Source: the human T2T-CHM13v2.0 reference genome, Homo sapiens. Taken from it: DNA of 64,000 nucleotides. The position numbers were made by a program, and so were the translations under genes. Of the stretch, positions 46,292 to 64,000 are shown in pieces (the stretch's first letter is position 1; each line of letters starts with the position of its first letter). The stretch lies in NCBI RefSeq assembly GCF_009914755.1, contig NC_060947.1; one strand, given 5' to 3'. The notes under the pieces were generated by a model. The model saw nothing but the letters and a program-made list of their open reading frames with translations. It was not told the DNA's origin and searched no databases.

Positions 46292-46427
46292 AAGGAAGGG
46301 AGGGAGGGAGGGAGGGAAGGAGGAAGGAAGGAAACAAGGAAGGAAGGAAGGAAGGAAGGAAGGAAGGAAGGAAGGAAGGAAGCTGCTTGAGGGAGGGAGG
46401 GAGGAAGGAAGGAAGGAAGGAAGGAAG
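46292..46427. repeat. (GGAA)n/(GGGA)n microsatellite in an Alu tail
   Basis: 11 consecutive GGAA units at 46338-46381 plus flanking runs. Confidence 0.95.
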
Positions 46428-46641
46428 CTGCTTTCAACATTCACATACAGGTTTATGAACCTAAGTTTTCATTTCTCTAGGATAAGTGCCCAAGAGTGCA
46501 CTTGCCGTATCATACAGTAAGTGAGGTATAATTTTTTAAGAAACTACAAAAATATTCTCCAGAGTGGCTATACCACTTTTACATTGTTACCAGCAATGTA
46601 TGAGTGATCCAGCTTGGTAAGTCCTTACCAGCATATGGTGT

Positions 46642-47010
46642 TGATATGGTTTGGCTCTGTGTCTCACCCAAATCTCATCTCGAATTGTAATCTACATAAT
46701 CCCCACGTGTTGAGGGAGGGACCTGGTGGGAGGTGATTGGATCATGGGGGTATTTCCCCCATGCTGTTCTCACAATAGTGAGTGAGTTCTCATGAGATCT
46801 GATGGTTTTATAAGTGTTTGACAGTTCCTTCTCACATACTGTCTCACCTGCCACCACGTAAAATGTGCCTGCTTCCCCTTACACCATGATTGTAAGTTTC
46901 CTGCGGACTCCGGAGCCATGCAGAACTGTGAGTCAACTAAACCCCTTTCCTTTATAAATTACCCAGTCTCAGACAGTATCTTTATAGCAGTGTGAGAATG
47001 GAATAATACA
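46642..47010 (+). mobile_element. THE1/MSTA-type MaLR solo LTR
   Basis: TGATATGGTTTGGCTCTGTGTC..ATAAATTACCCAGTCTC..TAATACA. Confidence 0.92.
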
Positions 47011-47156
47011 GGTTGTCACTATTTTTTTTAATGTTAGCCAACCTGATAGTTATATAGCGATATCTCACTACAGTTTTAATTTTCATTTCTGTAATGGCTA
47101 ATGATGTTGGCCATCTTATTATGTGCTTACTTACCATCCGTTGTCCTTTTCAGTGA

Positions 47157-47540
<384 letters not shown>

Positions 47541-47987
47541 TGAGAGCTCTTTATATATTATAGATCCAGGGCTTTTGTCAGATATGTGGTTTGCAAATAT
47601 TTTCTCAGTCTTGGCCTAGTCTTTTTATTCTCTTAACAAGGTCTTTTGCAGATCAAAATTTTTTTATTTTGATGAAGTTCAATTTATCCATTTTGTTTCC
47701 TTTGTGGATTGCACTTTGGTGTCAAATCCAAAAACTCTTCACCTGTCTTTAGGTCCAACAGATTTTGTCATACTTTTTTTCCCAAAAGTTTTATAATTTT
47801 ACACTTAATATTTAAATATGAGATCCATTTGGAATTAATTTTGTATAAGTCATGAGGTTTAGGTTAAGATTAGCTTTTTTTATTTTTAACCTAGATGTCC
47901 AATTGTTCTAGCACTGTTTGTTAAAAATGCTATTCTTCCTCCCTTGAGTTACTTTTATGCCATTGTCAAAAATCTTTTAGGCAGCTA

Positions 47988-48256
<269 letters not shown>

Positions 48257-48530
48257 TCAAAAACAAAAAACAACAAATGTCTTAGGCATATTTGTGTGGG
48301 TCTATTTCTGGGTTGTCTATTCTGTCCTGTTAATCTTTATGGCTGGCTACCCCTCAACCAATACCACATTGTCCAGATTATAGGATTTATGTATTAGCCT
48401 TTAACATCAAGTAGAGTAATTTCTCCTACTTTATTCTTTCTCAAGTTTGTTTTAAGTATTTTAGAGACTGTTCCTTTTCATGAAAAATTTTGAATAATCT
48501 TGTATATGCTTTCTGCATCAATCAATATAA

Positions 48531-48900
<370 letters not shown>

Positions 48901-48945
48901 TGAATATTGAGCCAGTCTTGCATTACTGGTTTAAATCTCTTAACC

Positions 48946-49593
48946 TGTTTTAGTCAAGGTTCCCCAGAAAGAACCAATGGAATATACATAGAAAGAGATA
49001 TATGAGAAGGGATTTATTAGGGGAATTGGCTCACTCAATTATGGAAGCTGAGAAGTCCTACAATAGGCCATCTGTAAGTCTGAGAACCAGGAAAGCCAGT
49101 GGCATGGCTCAGTTCCAGTTCAAAGACCTCCAACCCAGGGAAGCTGATGGTGTAATGCTCAGCCTGAGGCTCAAGGCCCCAGAGCCCAGGTGGCTGCTGG
49201 TGTGAGTCCCAAAGGCCAGAGAAACAACTGGATTTCTTAAATCTAAGGGCAGGAGAAGAAGGGTGACCTGGCTCCAGAAGAAAGAGCAAGAATTTTTTTC
49301 TTCCCCCAACCTTGTGTTACACCCAGGCTCACAGCTGATTGAACGGTGCTCACCAACATGAGGGCAAATCTTGTCCATTCAGTTCACCAACTCAAATGCC
49401 AATCTCCTCTGGAAACACCGTCACAGACACACCTGGAGCAGCCAAATCATTCTAATCAAATGCCAAACTACCTGAGTTTCCCTTTAAGCAGAAGAGGGAT
49501 GGGCTCGGTGCTTAATGAAACATTAAGAATAATGAATTATTTACCAGTTTTCCAGAATTCCTTAACCAGTCGACACCCAAAATCAATCATCAC
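48946..49593 (-). mobile_element. MLT2-type ERVL solo LTR
   Basis: tgttttagtcaaggttccccagaaagaaccaat..gaattggctcac..aaaatcaatcatcaca. Confidence 0.8.
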
Positions 49594-50236
49594 AGTTGTG
49601 GTATATAATTTATGTGTTGCTGCATTTGAGATACACACACACACACACACAAACACATATATATATATTTGAGACAGTCTGGCTTTGTCACCCAGGCTGG
49701 AGTACAGTGGCATGATCACGGCTCACTGTAACCTCCACCTCCCAGGTTTAAGCGAATTCTCCTGCCTCAGCCTACTAAGTAGCTGGGATTACAGGCGTGC
49801 ACCACCACTCCCAGCTAACTTTTGTATTTTTAGTAGAGACAGAGTTTCCCCATGTTGGCCAGGCTGGTCTCGAACTCCCAGCCTCAAGCAATTTGGCTGC
49901 CTTGGCCTCCCAAAGTGCTGGGGTTACAGGTGTGAGCCACTGGGCCCAGCCTGATTTGCTAATATTTTATTAAGGATTTTTGTTTCCACATTTATTATGA
50001 GAGACATTAGTTTATAGTTTTTGCTTTTGTGCTCTCTTCAGTTTTGGGATCACAGTAATAGTGGCCTCATAAAATGAGCTAGGAAGTGTTCCATCCTCTT
50101 CTATTTCTGGGGGGAGATTGTGTAATACTGATGTTAATTCTTTAAATGTTTGGGATGATTCTTCAGTGAACAAAGTGATATAAGCACGGAGATTTCTTTT
50201 TTAGAAGCCTTTTAGTTATGAATTCATTTTCTTTAA

Positions 50237-50460
<224 letters not shown>

Positions 50461-51006
50461 TAGGTAGAGATGGGGTTTCTCCATGTTGGTCATGGATGGT
50501 CTCGAACTCCCGACCTCAGGTGATCTGCCCGCCTCAGCCTTCCAAAGTGCTGGGATTACAGGCACGAGCCACCGCGCCCAGCCGTTGTTGTTTTCAAACT
50601 ACTGTGCTCAAGTGAACCTCCCCTCAGCCTCCCAAAGTGTTGGAATTACAGGCATGAGCCACTGCGCCTGGCTCAATTTGTTTTATCTTGATTTAGTTTG
50701 GGTATCTGCATGGTTTTGGAAAAACTGACCAGTTTCTTCTAAGTTGTCAAGTTTATGAGTGTCAAGTTGGTCCTAATATTTTCTTTTTCATTTTTTTAAC
50801 AACTATAGACTCTGTAGTGATATCACTGTTTGAATCCTGATAGTGGTACTTACGTTGTCTCTCTTTTTATCTTTGTCAGTCTTGCTACAGGTTTATCAAT
50901 TTTATTTTCATTTTTTAAGAATAACTAGTTTTAGGGAGGCAGAGGTTGTAGTGAGCCGAGATCGCACCACTGCACTCCAGCTTGATGACAGAGCAAGACT
51001 CTGTCT

Positions 51007-51040
<34 letters not shown>

Positions 51041-51637
51041 ATAACCAGGTTTTTTGCAACATAGATTTTAACATTTTTAATTTTGTTATTGATACATAAT
51101 AGTTGTACTTATTTATTGGATACATGTGATATTTTGATATGTGTACAATGTATGATAATCATATCAGGGTAATTGAGGTATCCATCAGCTCAAGCCTTTG
51201 AACATTCCAAATTCCACTCTTTCAGTTATTTCAAAATATACAATAAATTAGAGATAACTATAGTTGCCCTATCATGCTAGTGAACATTAGATCTTATTCC
51301 TTGTATCTAACTGTATTTCTACCATTAACCATCACTTTTTATCCTCTCTTCCCACTACTCTTCCCAGCCTCTGGTAACCATCATTCTACTCTCTATCTTC
51401 ATGAGTTCAATGTTTTTTTTTTAGCTCTCAAATATGAGTAATAACATGCAATATTTGTCTTTCTGTACCTGGCTTATCTTGCTTAACATAATATCTTCCA
51501 GCTCCATCCATGCTGTTACAAATGACAAGATTTTCTTCTTTATTTATGGATGAATTTCATTGTGTATATGTACCACATTTTAGAAGAACAAATTTTTGTT
51601 TTATTGGTTTCTCTATTGTTTTCCTGTTTTCAAGTGA

Positions 51638-51940
<303 letters not shown>

Positions 51941-53223
51941 TGATTTCTCTTCTTGCACTGTTTCTTCTGCTTTCTTTGGTTTATTTTTTAACTTTTTTTT
52001 AGTAGAGATAGGGTCCCACTAGTTGTCTGGGCTGGTCTTGAACTCCTGGGATCAAGCAATCCTCCTGCCTCAGCCTCCCCAAGTGCTGGGATTACAGGCA
52101 TAAGCCATTGCGTCCAGTCCTTTGGTTTCATTTGCTTTTCTTTTTCTAGTTGCTTGAATCAGGAACTTAGATTATTAATTTAGATTATTAATTTGAGATC
52201 TTTCCTTTTTTCTAATATAAGCATCATTTAGTATTATAAATTTCTCTTTCATGAAATTGTAAAATGGTATAGCCACTTTGGAAAATAGTTTTGTATTTCC
52301 TCAAAATGGTAAACAATGAGTTAGTTACCTTAGGACCCAGCAATTCTACTCTGAGGTATATACCCCGAAGAACTGAAAACACAGGGGTTCTTACCAAAAC
52401 CTGCTCAGGAATGTTCACAGCAGCATTATTCATCATAGACAAAAAGTGTAACTCCCAAATATCTATCAACTGATGAATGGACAAAGCAAATGTGATACAT
52501 TCATACAATGTAATATTATTTGACCAAGAGATGAAGTACTGATGTGTACCTCAATGTGCATGAACTTCAAAAACATTCTAAGAAGCCAGTCATGAAAGAC
52601 TAAATATTGTATGATTCAATTTATATGCAAGTACAGAATAGGAAAATTCATAGAAACAGAACGTAGTTATTTCCGGGCCCAGGGACAAAAAGGAATAGCA
52701 AGTGACTAAGAGTAAGTATGGGGTTTCTTTTTAGGGTGATAGAAATTTTATTTTTTTTTTTTGAAACAAGGTCTCACTCTGTCAAGCAGACTGACGTACA
52801 GTGGGTGTGATCATAGCTCACTGCAGCCTTAACCTCCTGGGCTCGAGCAATCCTCTTGCCTCAGCCTCCCAAGTAGCATGGACTACAGGCACGTGCTACC
52901 TACCATGCCTGGCTAAAATATTCTTAAGTTAGATAGTGGTGACGGTTGCACAACTCTGTAAATATGCTTTAAAAAGAAAAAAAAACCCAAAACATTGAAT
53001 TGCACACTATAAAACGTAAATTAAGCCGGGTGCAGTGGTTCATGCCTATAATCCCACCACTTTGGGATGCCAAGGCAAGAGGATCACATAAGCCCAGGAG
53101 CTCCAGACTGGCCTGAGCAGCGAGACCCCATCTCTACAAAAATAAAATTAGCCAGGCGTGGTGGTATGTATTTCTATTACTGATTTCCAGTTTGGTTCCA
53201 TTACAGTCAGAGGACATATTGTG

Positions 53224-54397
<1,174 letters not shown>

Positions 54398-55033
54398 CTC
54401 TGAGTTGAATTTTTCTTTAATTGAGTTTTATGACCCAGGATATGGTTCTATCTTGGTGAATAGTTTATGGACACTTGAAAGTAACGTGTATTCTGTTGTT
54501 GGGTAAAGTGTTCTATAAATGTCAATTGGATCCTCTTAGTTGATGACATTCTTCAGTTCTTCTATATCTTTGCTGATTATATTTACAGTAGTCTGTCAAT
54601 ACTGGGTGTGGATACTGAAATCCCATCTACAATTATGGATTTTTAAATTTCTTCTTAATTCTATCAGTTTTTATTTATGTAGCTTAAGCTTTGTTGTTTG
54701 GTGCATACAAAAGTAAGGATCATTATGTCTTCTTTAGATTGATCCTTTCATCAATAAATAATGCCCCTCTTTATCCCTAGTAATTTTCTTTGCTTTGAAG
54801 TCTACTGCATCTGATATTAATACACTCCTGATTATTTCATTAGTATATTAATACTTCTATGACACATCTTTTTCTATCCTTTTACTTTCAACTTACCTAT
54901 GTCAACCATGTTTTGAAGTCAGCTTACTGTACATAGCACATAGTTGGATTACATTCTGTATCTACTCTTCCAATTTGTATTACAATTAGTGTATTCAGAT
55001 CATTAAAATTCATAATAATTATTGATGTGTTAG

Positions 55034-55441
<408 letters not shown>

Positions 55442-56199
55442 TAGAATTATATCTTGAATTAGCTATAGTATTTTTGAACATATCACTTTGTATAGGCTTA
55501 GTGGTCACTCTATCACAATATAAATATATAACTAGTCACAGTCTAGTGATATCAACAATTTATACAATTTATATTTTGAATGAAGTGCAGAAACTTTGCT
55601 TCCATTTAGGTCTCTTTACCCTCCCCACTCCTAAAACATATTTATGTATTACATCTATTTAAAAATATAATTATATGCAAAGTGTATGTAGTGACAATGT
55701 ACATTTCCTCTACAAACACTGAGTACCATATCAGATGATAAGACTTTGGTTCAACCACCACATATTTCTAAAACTGTTGAAGATAGTCTATTATTCTTAT
55801 TCCTACTTTTACCTATTCCATTGTTCTTTTTTCTTTTTGAAGTTCCATGTCTTCTGTTATAATTTCCTTTGTTTGGAGAACTTCCATCAGCCATTCTTTG
55901 AGAGTAGGTCTGCTAGCATCAAATTCTCTGTTTTCTTTGTGTAAAAATGTCTTTATTTCTCCTTCATTCCTCAAGGATATCGTCACCAGAGATAGAATTT
56001 GTAATTGATAGTTATCTTCTTGAGATAACTTGAAAAATATTGTGCCACTGCCTTCTGACCTCCATTGTTTCAGGTGAAAAATTTGCTGCCATTCAAATTG
56101 GTGTTCCCCTATATACAACACATCATTTCTCTGTAGCCACTTTCAAGACTTTTCCTTTTAGTTTTCAAAAGTTTCATTAAGATGTGTCTTAGCAGGTCA

Positions 56200-56472
<273 letters not shown>

Positions 56473-56653
56473 CTAAAAAAAAGAAAAAAAAAGTATCTTA
56501 GCATGTATTTCTTTGAGTTTATCCTCTTTGGCATTCATTCGCAACTTCTTGAATCTGTAAGTTTATACCTTTCACAAAATTTAGGAAAATTTCAGCCTTA
56601 CTTCATCCAATATATTTTCAACCCCACATTTTCTCTCACTTCTTATTCTGTAA

Positions 56654-56845
<192 letters not shown>

Positions 56846-56901
56846 TAGAGACGGGGTTTCACCATGTTAGCCAGGATGGTCTCGATCTCCTGACCTCATG
56901 A

Positions 56902-57339
<438 letters not shown>

Positions 57340-57495
57340 TGAGCCACCACACCCTGCCTAGAGTAGTCTTTACTCTAGGAGGTGGTTCTTTCCCCTAAGG
57401 TGTGGTTTTTCAATTGAATGCCTATGATGTTAAAAAGTTCTCTCCACTCTGGCTAGGTCAGAACCTCATATTTCTCAGCACTGTGCAACCTCTAG

Positions 57496-58107
<612 letters not shown>

Positions 58108-58980
58108 TAGGACTCTAAGGAAGAGAGCCAGGACCAGCACTGAAAATCATCGTGCTAGGGAACAGCACCTCCCGGAAGACCTCCTTAGCTACAGATTTTG
58201 CTCAAAAAACTTTCAGGAACCAGTACAAACTATAGGACTGGATTTCTTTTGAGAAGGATAACATTGCCAGGAAACTTGAATGTTACTCTCTAGTTTGGGA
58301 TACAGGAGGCCAGACAATAAGAAGCAAAATGTTGGACAGATCCATCTATGGAGCACAGGAAATCATCTTGGTATATGGTATTACAAGTTATCAAAGCTTT
58401 GAGAATTTTTAGAAGATTAGTGAAGAAAGTGAGTGAAGAGTCAGAAACTCAGCCGCTGGTTACCTTAGTGGGCAATAAAATTGATTTGGAGCATAATCAA
58501 ACAGTAAAACCTGAAAAACACTTACGGTTTTGCCAGGAAAATGGTTTTAATAGCCACTTTGTTTCAGCCAAGGCAAGAGACTCTGTCTTCCTGTGTTTTC
58601 AAAAAGTTGTTGCTGAAATCCTTGGAATCAAATTAAACAAAGCAGAAATAGAACAGTCACAGAGGGTGGTAAAGGCAGATATTGTAAACTACAACCAGGA
58701 ACCTATGGCAAGAGCTGTTAACCCTTCTAGAAGCTCTGTGTGTGCAGTTGGGTGAGCTCATTTTTCCATTGTGTTGATAGTTTTGGCTGCCCTTCACCTC
58801 TGGGTGTGTCTGAGAACTTCTAAGAACTTGTTTTATCAGTGACCATCTCTGTAGTTCAGTTAACACTTTCCTCCGAACTTGCTTCATCTTTAAGTGTTCC
58901 TCCCAACCGCAGGCATGTACTTGGGTTCAAAAGAATTCAACTTTGGGACCACACACTTTGCATTCAAACTGGAAGTCTCA

Positions 58981-59677
<697 letters not shown>

Positions 59678-59889
59678 CCCTACTGTAAATGTTTTAAATA
59701 TGAAAAGTATCCAAGTCTTGATCATCAGCCAGGATCTTGTCACAGTGGTTTCATTATCTCATGTGAACTCACATATGTCGAAGTATACTTCAGGATGCAA
59801 ACATCACACAAGTAACATATTTTGCCTATAGATACTTGAGAAGGTATTCTGTTGCTATCAATTGCGAGTAAAAATAAAGCTATCATCTA

Positions 59890-60270
<381 letters not shown>

Positions 60271-60841
60271 CTAAATTGCCTATTTTGTAGTTTGTAGTCA
60301 TGATGTATTGTGTAATACTCAGTTTACATGACTTTATGAATTTAGATAAATGTTCAGCTGATGCTCCACCTGGAATTTCTCCTGCAAACTACATAAGAGT
60401 AGTCCAGGAATGAGTTATGACAGGTTTTTTTTGTTTTGGGGGTCTGTCTGTTGTGGTGGTGGGTTTTGTTTTTTTATTTTTTCGGGTTTTTTGTTTTTGA
60501 GACAGGGTCTCCCTCTGTCACCCAGGCTGGAGTGCAGAGCCACAACCACACTCACTGCAGCCTCGAACTCCCAGGCTCAGGCAATCCTCCCACCTCAGCC
60601 TCCCAAGTAGCTGGAACTACAGGCATGTACCTCCACACCAGCTAATTTTTAAATTTTTTGTAGAGATGGGATCTCACTATGTTTCAAGGGCTGGTCTCAA
60701 ACTCTTGGCCTCAAGTGATCCTTCTGCCTTGGCCTCCCAAAGTGCTGGTAGTACAGATGTGAGCTACCACACCTGGGCAGTGACATACTGTTGAATCTTT
60801 GTAGATCAGACTGTACCTGATGTTCAGATGTTTTTCTCTCA

Positions 60842-61222
<381 letters not shown>

Positions 61223-62000
61223 CTATGTCCTTCCTCTTCAAAACCCAAACTGTGATCTTTGCTTCCTTTGTCCAGTGAGAACAATGTGCCGTGTTTGAAC
61301 TTCACCTTCCTGTGCTACAATCCGAAAACTGCCCCTAGTCAGAGAACTGAGTGAACATGGGGCTCTCCTCGTGTGGCTTTCGTTTCTCAAGGATTGTTCT
61401 CCTAGAGTACTTATTGTGCAATGTCTCAAAATAGTTGCCTCATTATATGTTGGTTAGTTTTACAGTTGTTTATGGGGAGAGAGTAGGTGCAGTATCGATT
61501 ATCCCATCATTTCCAGAAATGGAAGTTGCTTTGTTTACTTTTCTGTGTGTTACAGTTCAATTTTTAAAATCTTTTTCATGCTCATTTTTGTGGTGGAATA
61601 AAAATGGTTTTATTTATTTGTTTTATGAGACAGGGTCTCGCTCTGTCACCCAGGCTGGAGTACAGTGGTGTGATCACAGCTTACTGCAGGCTTAATAGGC
61701 TCAAGCAATCCTCCGGCCTCAGTCTCCTGAGTAGCTAGGACTATAGGCAAGTGCCATCACGACCAGCTAATTTTATTTTTCATAGAAACAGGGTCTCACT
61801 ATGTTGCCTAGGCCTCAAGCTATCCTCCCAAAGTGCTGAGACTGGCCTCCCAAAGTGCTGAGATTATGGGTGTGAGCCATCACACCCAGCCAAAATGTTT
61901 TTTAAAAGCTAAAGGAAGATTATTACAACATCACACAGGCTTAGACCCCTCAGGATTGAAGGTTTAGTAAACCAAGTAAAATACCACCATTAACTGAGGT

Positions 62001-62003
62001 AAA

Positions 62004-62070
<67 letters not shown>
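62001..62070. repeat. Compound (A)n(TA)n(CA)n microsatellite
   Basis: Directly visible. Confidence 0.95.
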
Positions 62071-62596
62071 AAATGGATATTTTAGGAAGAATATTATGAT
62101 TACCAATTATTGCCTTGTGACCAGTTACCTAAGCAAGAGTCATAGTCTCTACCTGAATTTCTCCTTTTACTGTATCATACTCTTGTTTTCTCTTCTCCCA
62201 ATATTTTATATAGAATGTTTAGGGATACATTTTAACATTTTCAGTTTATGTATTGGAAAAATAAGATTGCAGACATTCTGCACTTGGAGTTGAATAAAAC
62301 TATTCACAAAACTTTAGGTTGTCTTTCTTTGGGGTAGCCATAAAGCAGTACACTTGAAGATGTATGCCAAATAGTTAAAGTATGTTAGACAGTGGTATTT
62401 TTAGAAGAGCAAATGAGAAGTGAAGCATATTCATTCAATTAACACATACTTGCTGAACTACTACTATGTTCTAGGCATCATCTCAGGCTTTGGGGATACA
62501 GGAATAAACAAAACAGGCAAAGATCCCTGATCTTATGGAGATTATAATTCTATCAAGAGAAGACAAAAAGAATGGGTTTTTAAAAATTGGTAAGTC

Positions 62597-63210
<614 letters not shown>

Positions 63211-64000
63211 TCAGCAAACGACTGAAGTAGTGATCAATGGAGTAAAAGAAAAAGTGAAGTATCCTAAAATTAGGATACTATCAGGGAAGGAGTGACTAAT
63301 GGAGTCAAATATGGAAGAGGAAAATTTGGATTGAATCTAACAATGCGCAGGTGACTGGTGACCTTGACAAGAGCAGTTTCGGTGGAATGATGAGAGTGAA
63401 AACTTGACTGAAATGAATTAAACAGAATGTGGGAGGAGGAATTGCAGACAGCAGGCATAAGTGACTCTTTTAAGACATTTGGCCACAAAGAATAAGGAAC
63501 TGGGGTAGTATGTGGACAGCATAGTGTAGTGCATAGTTATTGTTGATTTTACTGTCCCATATCCATTCTACCTTCTCATGGTACATCAACTTGTCTTCCA
63601 GGAGTTACTTCTCCCTCATTGTATACTTGCTTTGTGGGACCACGACCTGCACTCAAGCTGTAAGTGTTGCTAGAGAAAAATATGTAAGCATGCTTAACTG
63701 GTTTCTCTATAAATTCATGATACAAATCTCAAATGGGACTCAAAACTACCAAATACTTCTCTAGTTTGTTCACTTTCCAACTTTTCAGATGACTGTCTCA
63801 TTTATTATCTCTCCTCAAACCTCCACTTCTCACTCCTCCTCACTTTCAGCAGATAACATTGCCTCTAAATAACTAGAAAAAAGATACAATATTAAAAGTT
63901 TCCTGGCAGGGTGCAGTGGCTCACGCCTGTAATCTCAGCACTTTGGGAGGCCAAGGCAGGCGGATCACACGAGGTCAGGAGTTCAAGACCAGCCTGGCCA

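Noticed and set aside
58348-58755. 135-aa RAB28-like ORF as a functional retrogene
   Set aside because: Native codon 2 is TAG, the P-loop region is out of frame, and the ORF's N-terminus is frameshifted sequence.

Overview
Primate (human-like) intergenic DNA made almost entirely of interspersed repeats and retrocopies; no intact protein-coding gene, CRISPR or rRNA is supported. Main contents: three processed pseudogenes (RPL7 +, RAN -, RAB28 +), a Y3 RNA pseudogene, about 59 Alu copies/fragments, many L1/L2 fragments, a roughly 11.5 kb nested two-LTR class I (gamma-like) provirus on the minus strand, a class III ERVL internal region with LTR, and DNA transposon fossils (hAT, Tigger2, HSMAR2, MER47, MER58). 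The RAN/RAB28 pseudogene pair recalls RANP4/RAB28P5 on human Xq26.3 (from memory, not verified). I found no convincing new biological system. The most unusual signals are a possible pre-tRNA-Trp/Alu chimeric retrocopy, a templated CDS-into-3'UTR insertion inside the RAN retrocopy, repeated reuse of the same L1 target sites, and a fold-back duplication inside HSMAR2. Repeat subfamily names come from recalled consensus sequences and boundaries are approximate.
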